From Podarcis tiliguerta (Eukaryota): 64,000 bases of DNA. Each line of letters opens with the position of its first letter. Position 1 is the stretch's first letter. A program made the translations under genes and the position numbers. Shown one piece after another: positions 38,128 through 50,679 of the stretch. The stretch lies in assembly GCA_965153285.1 (NCBI GenBank), contig OZ229114.1; one strand, written 5' to 3'. The notes under the pieces are model-generated. The model saw only the letters and a list, made by a program, of their open reading frames with translations. It made no database searches and had not been told where the DNA came from.

Positions 38128-39203
38128 GTAATGAAACCAGTTCCTTGGTTCTTTCTCATACTGCGAAATGCAACCTACGCTACCGGCCTTTTTGAGCCTT
38201 CAGAAATTTGGCATGGGAGCTACACATTAGGTAAAGAAGAGGTGCCGCCAAGGTTCGCCATGCTCATGGACTCCATGATGCTTGCCCCAATTAAGAGGCG
38301 AGAATTAGAAGGCCATTAATTCTTCTTTAGCTCAAATGAAAATCAAAGCCACACAAGACTTATTGGTCTATTTCTATTTCTGCTTTGAAAGCCAAACACC
38401 CAGACCACCCAGGGGAACATAACCCCTCATTCAAGACATGATTGTCCAGTATGTGTGTGGGGGGGTGACATTGCACAATGCTCATCTTTGTTGAAAAATA
38501 GACAGCCAACACAACCACAGCAAAGGACTTCTCCCTGGTCTACTAGTTCCCTTTTTGCAGGATGTTTTGTGTGGGTTTTTAATATTTAGCTTGGATAGTA
38601 TTGAGAAGTGATATTTCCCACCTGTTGCCTGAGGCACTACAGCCCGTCAACATTCTGCAATCTTATTTTCACTTCATTTTGCCGCAAATTTAAATGTAAC
38701 GCAGTAGAACAGCTCTGAATTGCACAGCAGTCAAGGCCTTGCTTGACATAGGCTGGATCCAAAATCACTTTTTGGTTGAGAGATACAGTGTAGGTGTAGT
38801 AGCTAAACTCAAGTATTAGTCTAGATTTTTTTAAATATAAAAAACCAACCAACCAGGGAACACCAGTTCCCATATCAAGGGCCAGAAACCTGATCTGTGG
38901 TCAGTTTTCAATACATGGTTGATGACTGGTAAGTCATTATCATTGAGAATACTGGGGTAAATTAAGTACACAGGTAACAGAGAAAACTAGAAACCTAATC
39001 ATCCAGCTAGGCACTTGGAGATCTGAAGCCAAGCTTAATGGGGCAGCCAGACACTAATAGCTGGGAACTTATACCAGCCAGTAATCTGAGCTGATCTCAA
39101 GTATATTCGCAGTTGCATCTGTTTCTCTTAATGTAACTTAAGGTGACAACATTTAAGACGATTTGCTGACGTTATCTTTTCATTTTTATCTCTTCGTTTT
39201 TAG

Positions 39204-39228
39204 GACAACTCTGCTCAACAGAGCCTGA
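39204..39228 (+). CDS. RASGEF1A: RASGEF1A terminal coding exon ((R)TTLLNRA*)
   Basis: tttttag|g acceptor, then g aca act ctg ctc aac aga gcc tga. Matches the RASGEF1A C-terminus TTLLNRA as recalled; spliced CDS totals 1428 nt. Confidence 0.93.
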
Positions 39229-42200
39229 GATTTTGGACTTCTGCTCTGGATTCTAAAGCACACACTAAAAAAACACACATTGTTTTTAAATCCTCGAAGA
39301 CATGATTTGAAAAAGGAAGGCCTCACTGGTTGGGGTCTGTTTTGTAGATACAATGCCTTTTATGAATTACAGAAGAAAAAAAATGTGCTAAATATTTCAC
39401 ATCAACCTTAAGGCACTTAAAAAAAATGAAGGATTTTGTTTTTTAACTATAAAAAGAAGAAGAAAAATCAAGGGCCGGGCCCTGTTCTCAGAGATGAAAT
39501 GGATTGTGGGGAGTGGTATCTATGGTGGTGTCTTATTGTGATGACATCCAGATCTTTATTTTCATGTTCGGTTTCTTCCACCTAACACACGCACAGTCTC
39601 AGACGGGCTCAACATTTTGCAGGTTTGGTTTCCGCTATGCCTTGATCCACCCAACACTTCCTGAAAATAAATGTTGTCATGTGGGGCCGATGCGTTTGAA
39701 ATCAGCAAGGCTTCCACAGACCTAAAGAGGGACAAGCGCGTTTCCCAGAACAGGTGCAGGTTGGCTAAAGACGGTATAAGCACAGAGCCCTTGGTTGAAC
39801 TATAACCCTCATTTTGGGCATCTGATATTTTTGAAGAGCTTGCTTCTCCTGCTGCATCACAGAAAACAGAAGGCAAAAAGCAGCTTCCAAGCCACACCTT
39901 GTTGCCCCCCCTCCATCTAGTGAAGTAGGACTTTGCCTGTGAAAGCTCACACCGCAACAGATCTATGAGTTTCCAACGTGCCACACATTTCTTTGTTGCT
40001 TCTATTGCAATGGATTCTACACTGCTACACTTTTGGAATTTCTTCTCAATGTTCTGGGTTTCCCCCTTTTTTTGTCTTTATGCTGCTTTCCTGGCCTCGT
40101 TTACTTTGTGGAGCACTAGAAAATTGTGCTCTTGGGGCCAATTTATACAGTCAACAGAGTCAAGCAGTAAAGCTTTGCCTGGAGTATACCGCTATAGACA
40201 GAGGGGTGGTGTTGCTTGCATGTGTGAATGTTCAAATAAAAGAAACATACCTTGGAGAAGATTTTTCTACCCAACATGCTAGATTTCTACATACAGTGCC
40301 TTGGATCGTAAGATACACTAATGTAAGGGAGTTCATGGAAGTCAAGTGTTCCTTCTCCTCCCCCTGCTTCTTTGAAGGATCAGGGCTCCCTCCTGAACCA
40401 TGTGGGATGGGCTACTGCAGCCTCCCAAATTGGACTTGGAGTTTACTTAAGTTCATGGAATTAAAAATTTCCTGTCTCATCCTCTCCCAACAGCTCCCTG
40501 CAACCCATCCCAAATAATTTAGGAGGGCTCCCAGTCATCCAGAGAAGTGTCTTTTGTTTTTAAGAGGCCAAGATTGCCACGGGGAACGGTGGGAAACTTT
40601 CTTTCCATGAACTTCCATAAGTAAACCTCTCTTAGGATCCAAGCCAATTCTTTTGTTTTTTCTGGAGAGCACACAAAAGCCTATCCACCCCCACCTGTAG
40701 CGGTCCAGTCCAGTTCCAACTTCACCATTTAATTCTGCCAGTTTTGTAAAGTTTGGTATGATTGGCAGACAGGCCGGTAGTCCCGCCCACCTGTCAGAGT
40801 TGGCTGATGGAGTTGGGGGCAGGGTGGAGAAAGATCTGGCCCACGAGGCCAAAAAGGTTCCCCCCACCCCTGGTGTAAATAGACCCTCGACTGCAAGGAA
40901 ACAGTGTGGGAGCCTCTGCGGTTCAGCACAAAGACTGTCTCCTTTAGTCTGGCCTTAAAAACCACTGTAGCAGCATGGCTGCTCCCCTCTTACATCAGAG
41001 AATAGTGCCTTACAAGGTACTGTAAATGTTTAGTGTACCTTCTTCTGCAACTCGGGTTGGAAGCAAGCAAAATAAAAATATGGATGTCTTTAATAATTAA
41101 AAAAACCAGCTACAGCTTTGTAAATAAACTGGAAGATATGGCACATGAACTAGAGTATACCTACAGTAATGGTGCAGCAGAACTTATTTTTGTTACAAGG
41201 TTTGACAAGGTAAAATAGGATAATTGCTAGATCCTCCTCCATCTTTCCTCCTCCCCTACCCCTCCTTTACTAGACCCAAGAAGTCTTTAGTTTACATTTG
41301 TGTGTTTGTTTATCAGGGATTTGAAGAGAGGGAGAGTACAGTTGTCACAGTCTCAGCAAAAGATTAACTGCCAATGATGTGTTGTCTTTTACAAACTAGC
41401 CTCTGACTAACAAATCCTTAAATTAGTCGGAGGAGGTCAACCAGAGTATTGCAACACAAGGTTCAAGGTGGATTTTATGAAAAGGCTTCGCTAAGTTAAG
41501 ATGAGCTCAAAGATCAGGTAAAATATTAAAGCCATTGGTAGCCAGTGTGGTGTCCTCTGGAAGTTGATATATTGCACCTCCCAGCAGCCTCAGCTGACAA
41601 AGCCAATGATCAGGGATAATGGGAGCAACTTTTAGAGGACCACATTGGTTATTCCTGGGTTAAAACATCCTGCAGTGAATTTGAGAACAGTTTGCTGCTG
41701 CCATGCATTGCTCCTATTGATAGGCCAGTTGACTATCGATATTAGCTCATGTCCCCTGACCTTATGATAACATGTAAGAGCAATTTACCCGATTAAGTAA
41801 CTTTTGTAGTTATAACTGTTTATAATATATACAGTCATGCTCAGAGTAGGCCCACTGAAATCAATGGATATCTCTAATTTGGCTCCATCCACTTCAGTGG
41901 GTCTACTCAGACTGATGCTGGAGACAACCCAATATATGTAACCTGAAGTCACCTTTTGATAGCTAACTCCTCCTGGGATGATGGAGCTTGTTGTATAATT
42001 ATTGGTGACAGTGGAACTTGTAAGAGGTTGTCTAGACAATCCACCACATTCTGGTGCAATCACAGCTGTGCAAGGCACAATTTCAAATTTATAAGCATTG
42101 CAATGCCTCCCTTCTTAATTTATTATATTGCTTTGAGGAAACGCTTCCTACTCATTATAAATCTCCCATCATGCTATTTTGATATTTTCATTTCTCAGAG

Positions 42201-43391
42201 CTACACTATTTTCCCTGCTCCTTTGAAAGACTTCAAGCTGTCCTCACACACAAGCCACATCACTTGATTACTCAGGCGGCAGCTGAATGTGTGAATTGAC
42301 TCCAATAGAAGAGTATTGCATTTGAGGTGCTCACTTACATGCAAAATCATGATTTGATGTTTCACTTTTCAAGTGCCGAACATCCATATGCGAACCAGCC
42401 CATAAGAGCAAAACCACCCCATTTGGAACAAATCCCTACAGACCAAGTTTAGGAGCATATTCCAAAACCAATTAAGCTAGCCTAATTTAACTTATTTTTA
42501 ATTGTTCTTGAGTATGTGGCTAATTCACTGATAAGAATCATTAGGCTTCAGATTTCTCAGTTGCTTAAAAATCTTGTTACTATCCAGCTTTTTCCTAATT
42601 AATTTTTCAATTAGACAAAAAACAAACGCCAAGCGCTGGATTAAAAATACTTGTTTTAATTAAATGATAATTATACATTATCATGTACCTACTACCTTCT
42701 CAAGAACAATTAAACTAAGAACCCATTGTGGGCCAATTAATATACCATATTTGCAACACCTAAAAACATAAATTCCACCCTACCCCTGTTTTCAAGTTAA
42801 TACATGTTTCTCTGGGAAGAAAACTCAGTTTTATTGAAAAAACAAATATGATTTGCCAAAGCATTTCACTGCCACCACAAAAATTGTTCAGCGAATAAGG
42901 CAAAACAAATTAACTAAACAGAAGCAATGGAACAGATTTATACACGTCAAAAGAGGAAGCAGAATATTATGTATTAACAGAAAGATGACCCCACAAAGAT
43001 AGAGACAGAATTAGTGGCTTTGATTATTTGTGACCTGCTGCTATCCCCCCCTCCCCCCCAATGCTGAAGTATTGATCTTCAGCCCTAGAGGTAAGAGAAT
43101 ATTTATACTGTATTATTACAGTGGGTTTTTTGCACTTTTGGAGATGTCCTAGCTAGCAACATTGTCAAACACTATGAAAGGGATTGTATATCAGCTTTGT
43201 TAATGTATTTGAAATTTACAAAAGGATGCTTTAAATTTCAGAGATATATATTTGAAATGCAGTTCTGGGACACTTTGTGTATACATATTTAAGAAGACAG
43301 AAAAAGCTTTTACATGAATGTGCACTCCAGTGGTCAATTGGTTCTAGTATATATACTTGAAAAAGTGCCATTTCTATATGGCTTTCTATTA

Positions 43392-43394
<3 letters not shown>

Positions 43395-43437
<43 letters not shown>
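43395..43437. repeat. (TTA/ATT)n microsatellite in the probable RASGEF1A 3' UTR
   Basis: About 14 ATT units seen directly. Confidence 0.9.
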
Positions 43438-43439
<2 letters not shown>

Positions 43440-43563
43440 TCTTTTCCTTTGGTTTGATACATTCCTTCGCCATCCGTGTTTTTGTTATTCTGAGCTGAAT
43501 TGCTACATATAAAGCTGTACCATAAAGCAGGATATTCTGTGTTTGACTAGATGTGCTTGCATT

Positions 43564-43569
43564 AATAAA
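43564..43569 (+). terminator. Candidate distal polyadenylation signal AATAAA of RASGEF1A
   Basis: AATAAA at the end of an AU/U-rich block with TGTA motifs upstream. Confidence 0.55.
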
Positions 43570-44573
43570 ATCAGAATTGCTTCAACCAGGCAGCATGGAT
43601 GGTTGTCACTTTTTCTGCTCCGGAAAAGTAGGAATTCAGAGGTTCCCAGGCCATTTTTCAATGTCTAAAGCAGCAAGCTGATTGGATGAGGCGAATTAAG
43701 AGATTCTAGGGGAAACCCACAGGGTTGAACCAAAAGAGGACTGACATAGCATCACAGCATCGTGAACAAGAGTGTTAGCTGAAGTTTCCAGTTCAAACAT
43801 GAATCTGGGAAAGACACAAGCCTCTTACCCTCAGCGCACACCCATTCCCAGCCTCTGACAAAGATAATACTGGCCAACATTATAAGATTGTTGTAACGAT
43901 TACTAACATCCATTCAGCCTTTAAGCACTTAAGTGTCTCCTTTATTTATTTTTATTTTTTAAAGCTAGCCTAACGAAACAGTACTCTTACCCTGCTAACT
44001 ATGTCGACAAACATCCTAGCTAAGGAGACATTTCAGTTTCTGTCCTGGTGTGATGGGGTCATGATATAATGCTAATGTTTTACCAATAGCCACTTCCATA
44101 CCCTCCACTGCCCCACATGAAAATCAGGACACAACCTGGATGGGGACCTGTGACCCTCCAGATATTGTTGGACTACAACTCCCATAATTCCTGACTGCTG
44201 GCCATGCTGATTAGGGCTGGTGGTTATAGTTGTCAGTTCAACAATATCTGGAGGGTCACAGGTGCCTCAGCTCTGCCCTACACCATCCAAATCCCCTATA
44301 TAGTAACTGTACACTAGGTATCAAAAAGAAGTCCCAAGAAGCATTAGGAAAGCAAACTTTCCTTCCAACACAGTCAAACAAAGTTGGTTATAACCCAACA
44401 TAGAAATCTATGGCTGCAGGCCAACAAAATTAAAGATTTAGAATTACCTTACAAGCTGGGGCCCCTCCCTTTATTTATTTATTTATTTAGGCTTATTTCT
44501 AAACTGATTATTGTTGAATTAAGCAGGGGATGGTATAAATAGAAAATAGACTCTAAAAATCATCAGTATAAAA

Positions 44574-44939
44574 GGTAAAGGTAAAGGTACCCCTGCCCAT
44601 ACGGGCCAGTCTTGACAGACTCTAGGGTTGTGCGCCCATCTCACTCAAAGAGGCCATGGGCCAGCGCTGTCCGAAGACACTTCCGGGTCACGTGGCCAGC
44701 GTGACATCGCTGCTCTGGCGAGCCAGAGCCGCACACGGAAACACCGTTTACCTTCCCGCTAGTAAGCGGTCCCTATTTATCTACTTGCACCCAGAGGTGC
44801 TTTCGAACTGCTAGGTTGGCAAGCGCTGGGACCGAAGAGCGGGAGCGCACCCCGCCGCGGGGATTCAAACCGCCGACCTTTCGATCGGCAAGCCCTAGGC
44901 ACTGAGGCTTTAACCCACAGCACCACCCGCGTCCCTATT
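44574..44939 (-). mobile_element. Sauria SINE, full length, minus strand (intergenic)
   Basis: (aaaggt)n tail at the low end, ...cagcaccacccgcgtccc head at the high end; 12-bp TSD ATCAGTATAAAA (44562-44573, 44940-44951); CpG-rich, so probably young. Confidence 0.9.
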
Positions 44940-47675
44940 ATCAGTATAAAACCTACCAAAATAAAAGAGCACCAGAAGATGGTCATACAAGGCTGTGGAG
45001 GCCAGGATTTCTGACAGAGAAAAGCCCAAGTGAAGTGTGAAGAGGCATTTATAATGGGCCGCAAAATGTTGTCGCTTACACACAAATGGGCAACTCCTGT
45101 TGCCCCCAGCAACACAAATTAAAGGCAACAGAGTCCCCAAATGGACATTTTTTTAATTTAGGCACCTCATTTGCCCTACGATGTGGCCCAATGCAGGAAG
45201 ACACTCCGACAAAAAGGCAGGAATGACTGCCAGGCAGGTTGCAATTTAACAGTCCCTGGGAGTGTCCCCATTGGCTGGTTGGGCCTGCTCCCAGGGGAAC
45301 ACCCAAACAAGGGCTGCTGGCATTGGCCAATAGCCGTGTGATTTGGTCTGCCATTGGTCAGATCACTTGCACGATTCGGGGCCTGGCCACATCACCCACC
45401 CAGGAAGGTGAGCGGACTTACCTAGGCTCTTCACAAAGGAAACTACAAGTATCCCTTTACTTTGTGAGGAGAAGATTGCTATTGAAAGACACCTGCCCTC
45501 TTGTGTCTTTGGCAGTTGGTTGCCTAGCAACACTGTTTCTATTCAACCCCCCAGGATTCCATAGTCAAGAGTCATAGAATCATACAGTTGGAAAAGACCA
45601 GAAGGATCATCTAAGCTAGTCAACCCCCTGCAAGCAGGAGCTAAGAAGCAGGAGGTGACTGAGTGCCAGGTGAGTTCTGCTATAGGACAAGTTGATGACA
45701 ATGGAAGCCTCTCCCTTACAAGAGGGAGAATAGTTTGTATACAGCACAAAGGGAAGGGTGTCTTTTATATGCAAGGCAGATTGTTCAGCAATAAGTCAGA
45801 GCACATGTGCCAGCCTTCTGTACCCCTACTAGAATTTTGGGATGCCAACAGTCACTGGGGAAAGGATCCAGTCATTTCCATTAAGGAATTGACTGCTGGT
45901 CATAGGCTCAGGACACAAAAGTGTGCTTAGTCGCAGAACCTCTTCATACAGAATGTGCTTAACCTTCGTTGTTGGCTTTTAAGTGTGCAACTAAAATATA
46001 GTGCAAATGCAATGAACAGGTATTTGAGGACACCTGTGTCGTACTAGTGTATTCATTCAAGAGTCTGGATTAGTTATGAGTGGCTTCCTATTGAGCGTAC
46101 AATTGGTGACAAATCCATTACATTACATTATGTGAGAAAGAGTTTCTTGTTACATTGTTACATAAAAAGCAAAATGGTACTCAGAAACTCCGGTCATTGA
46201 TTGTAGCGGGAACAAACTGGACTGAATCTACATCTCCAGAAAAAGGATTTTAATTTCACAAGATAAGTTTTAAGCATCCAGTAGGACAAAATCCTACATA
46301 AAAAGCTGAAGATCTCACATGCCACCAGGTGGACACAAAAAGTAGATGTTGTATGTCAATGAGTCTTAATATTTTAAGCTACGCCTATCACCGGAGGAAG
46401 ATAAAAACCTGAGCCATAGACATAGAATTCGGGGGCTAGAAGGCACCTTGCAATTAGTCTAGTCTATCACGCTGCACTGCTTCAGGACCCAGCAATACTT
46501 GGTTATATTATTTAGCTATTAGTTTTATTGCCTAGGGGTGAGTCACCATGCACAGTAAACTTGAGAGACAGATGAAATTTATCTGTAAAACTTTAACATA
46601 TTATTATTATACACTGAGGCATTCAGATAGAGGCAGTTTAGCACCTGAGCAAAACTGACAGAGCAATGATCTACCACATAGCAAGCTACGAAAACTAGCC
46701 ACAAACCTTGCAGGTGACTCCATCAAAGGCAGAATCAGAGTTCTTCAGTGAACACACCTGCAGGGCAGAAATGTAGTATGCCAATAAATCACTAATTAGT
46801 TAATCTACAAAAGAGACTAGCCCACAAAAAAGTAGTCGCTTGCCTGCCTACATATACAATAATATGAATACGTAACTTTTGCAAAAGCATTTCTGCTTGG
46901 TCCCATGGAGCATAATCTGAGCTGTATCTACTCAGAAGTCAGTCCTATTGAATTCAGTTGGGCTTACTCTCAGGTAAGTGGTCCCAGGACTACAGCCTTA
47001 TTCACCAGTTAATTTTTCAAGTGTTCATTATGGGGAATGGCCATGCAAACAGGACCTTGGTCTGGTCGGCTCCTGTGATGGTACTTGTCTTATACCTCTG
47101 AATCCCTGAACTTTTGGGTCAGGATAGGTAGCCTGTGACCCATGGCCTAAATTTGTGGGTGGCAAAGAGGGTGAAAGGCAGGGAGAAGGTGTTCCCCCAC
47201 CAGATTACCCTCAATAGGATGCAGCCCTCACCAGAGAAAAGGTTGCCTACCTGTTTCAGACAATGGTGATTCAAGAAGAGGCATTTCTGGGATAAGCGTA
47301 GTCTGATTGACTCTGGAAACCTGGCTTTGAGTGCTCTTTTTCTGTACTTCCACATCTAGTGGTTTCTGCTGTCAAGAAAAGCCTTTCTTCTGCTTAGGCC
47401 TTCACCAAACTTTTGTTTCTATAGGCTTCTGAGTAACCAGATAACTGAGTTCTGGTGAGAAAGGAAGCTCTTACTAATAAGGATGAGATCATGGATTGAG
47501 TGCACCTGTGTTCTTTAGTGATGGCTGTGAGCTCAAGGTCACTTTAGCTGCCTGCTTGATTAACAGCAATTGTGGGTCTGTGAGAATGCACTTACTAAGT
47601 CCTGGAAAGTTAGTGTCAGCTGAGCTTCTAGTTGGTTGGGAAATTCTGATGCAGTTCTTAGGTCATTCTCTAGAA

Positions 47676-47798
47676 CAGGGTTTCCCAAACTTGGGATTCC
47701 AGGTGTTTTGCTACAATAATTCCCATCATCCCTGACCACTGGGTCCTGCTAGCTAGGAATGATGGGAGTTGTAGTCCAGCAACAGATGGGAATCCCTG
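47676..47798. mobile_element. Short palindromic hAT-type MITE
   Basis: TIRs cagggtttccca / tgggaatccctg; perfect 8-bp TSD CTCTAGAA (47668-47675, 47799-47806). Confidence 0.85.
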
Positions 47799-50679
47799 CT
47801 CTAGAAGTATGAGTTATCTGCAGGGGCATCCAGTAAGGTCTGGGGAACTCCTAACCCAGGCTAGGGGACAACAGGGAGTAGCGGCAGCTTATTATTTTTG
47901 CAAGGTCTGGTTGGTGGTGGACTCAGGTTGGATTTTTGTTGCCGCTTAGTCCAAACAAGATTCCTTAGTTCCTGGGTTTCGGCAACCTTGGTATCGACCT
48001 CATAAAGTCTTTCCAAGGCTACAGAAAGTGTCCTGCTCTTTCGATTTAACCTGATGGTAAGCAGCTTTGCTGCCCCTCCCTGTGTTTCAGGCAAAACTTA
48101 AGAAAGGAATGGTACAACTGTATCTCCTGCCAGCTTCCACGGCTGCAACCCCCATCCTTCCCCCCTGCCAACATGTAGCCTCTTTCTGACTTGTCATAAT
48201 ATCACCTCTCACTTCCCTCTACAGCTCTATTCTTTGGGACAGCCTACAGTAACCTAATCAAATTGCTACTTTCCTTTTCCTTTTAAATGTTTCTTCCCTG
48301 GGAAAAAGAAAGCAACTCTGTTGGTTCCTTCCTTACGAGAGCACTCTGATAACTAGACCATGAATGCAAGTTGCGCTCTTATGTATTTCAGTAAATTTGC
48401 TAGTTTCTAGACAGCTCCGCCAAACAGCTGCTTTTTTGTCTAGGAGTCAGAATAGGAATCTAGTTCACTTCAGCAAAATCACCCTCAGTTATTCATGGTC
48501 CAGGAGGACTTATTCACAGAACAGTTTGCCCTAAGAAGTGGAGTGAAAATAAAAGGAGCAGATTCAATCTTGCCAACTAAATCTGTAGAATGACCTTATT
48601 TAGGATACTACAGCTTTGACCAACTCCTCTATACTGTCTTCTCTGGGAAGTCATTGTTTCCCACTTATAGAAAGATGTGAATATATGCTTTCAATTGTCT
48701 TACTAGGGACGTCAGAACAAACCAGACAAGCTGTGTTGATGCTTCACAATTTGACAAAAAGAAAGGGGAATTTAAACACTGGGCATTTATTTGCTGATGA
48801 ACAGTGACAGAAATGAGAGAGTTTGATCCTTGCATACCATGCAATTTACTTTTGATTAACACTGAACAAACAGGGTCTTGTTCTATTTCTCAGTGAGTAG
48901 AGACAGATCAAGACGCCTTCTCATAAAAGCTGTAATTAATCCCACAATAAAACACAGCATGGGTGATAAGAGTTCTTCCCTAGGAAAAGCTTTTTTTAAA
49001 GAGTGTTTGCTTGGAGTTGCATTTGTTAAAGGAAACTGAATTCACTTAGGAATCCTAATCTCTCTCATAGGAGATTAACAATTCACAACATATCCAGCTG
49101 TGAAACCAAAAGGACAGGTATGAGCAACACCAAAAAAACCACACAGCAAATACAAGGTCAAGCATTACAATTTTACTTCCATGGAAGCAGATTGTGGGCC
49201 TTTGGTAGCTGACACAAAAAGCTCCTCACGATAATCAGGTTTGCTCTACACATTCAGTGCTGGACTCTGAGAACTGCTGAACAGTCAAAATCAAACTGAT
49301 GTATTATGTAGGCTGCTATGGCTTCAACCCTATAATGAGACTATTTGAAGTTATTACTTAGACACCCTTCATTAAAACTATTCTGGGTGGTGTGCAAATG
49401 TGTAAATAAAATTCACTCCACCACTGAAACAACAGTTTTAAAACAGATAACAAAAGAAAATCCCCCCCAAAACCCTTAAGTGGAATAAAATATTATTCCC
49501 AAAAATACAATATATTATTTAAATTTCCCTTACTTTGGTATAGTGAAGGGAACACCAAGTACCCCACAAGCAGAATAATAAAATTGTGAATATTGCCAAC
49601 TTCACAGGACCTACAAAGTGGCCTGAGACAGGTATTCTGACTGTAGACAACTGGTTAAATCCAGATTAACTGTGGAATCAGTTTGGCTGCCCTGGGATAT
49701 TTTACACTTGTTATTCTCAACTTCCCTCTTGCTAAATGCTGCACGGCAAACGAAGGGAGGTTTCAAAAGCAGTTTATGACGCAGCATGAGGGTGGGGGGT
49801 CAGCCAAGCAAAAGTCAAATCCCACCAGGCTATCGCAAATCCCATACATGAGCCTAAATATGGATCCTTGTCAAAGGGATCAAACAGCAAGTTATGTGGG
49901 AGTTCTGCAGTTGGCTCTCCCAATGTTTTTCTTTTTTCCTTAAATAAAAAGTTAGGTGCATACATTAGCCCCACATCAATTCATCAGTGCAAGAGCCCCC
50001 TCCCCCCATGGCTCCCAAACTATTAGCTCCATGGAAGACATACAGAGACAATAACAGGGCCTGGATGTTTTCTGCTGCAGGGACCCCTGCCCCTATTGTA
50101 GATTTTTCAATTTGGGCTTACTGCCCAAGATTCTCAGTGCAGTTCCTATGCTGAAAAGCCACCTCCTCCATTATTTTACTAACTTCATTTGTTCTGGAGC
50201 AAACATGTTATTGGTCTGATCCAGCTGGTCTCTTATGTCCTTAAAGCTGTTCATCTTCCGTCTTCTGTCTTGCTGGCAATTTTCCCAGATACTGAATCAC
50301 AAGGCAGTTCTCTAACCGATTAAAGAATCTGGTGTTAGGAAAATTCTTCTACTTATTGGCACTTGTGTGACTGAAAGTTCATTTGGTTGGGCATTTCTTA
50401 TGCCACTACCAGAATGACACACTGAACATTACAAAACGTGGAATTAAAAGCAAAGAAAGAATATTGCTATTACACTGATGAAAGGTTGTTGGAATGTGGG
50501 GGCATTCCTGGAAAACTAAACCAGGAACTCATAGCATTGATATAGCTCTTTACCTTTGTCTGAAAAGACAGATATGGTATCAGCCTGTGAAGGTACAGAA
50601 GAATGAAATCAGTTCAGCTATAGCAGGAGCAAGGTGTAGATAGTTAACCAATAAGGGTGGCTTCCCAACTCCATCTTCA

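Larger units (their letters stand above)
39229..43590 (+). other. RASGEF1A: Probable RASGEF1A 3' UTR
   Basis: Follows the stop codon; AU-rich block at 43080-43560 ends in AATAAA 43564-43569. Alternative AATAAA at 40235-40240 and ~41071. The end point is inferred. Confidence 0.6.

Noticed and set aside
39978-40517. 179-aa plus-strand ORF
   Set aside because: Lies in the RASGEF1A 3' UTR, starts at a non-ATG codon, and shows no recognisable homology.
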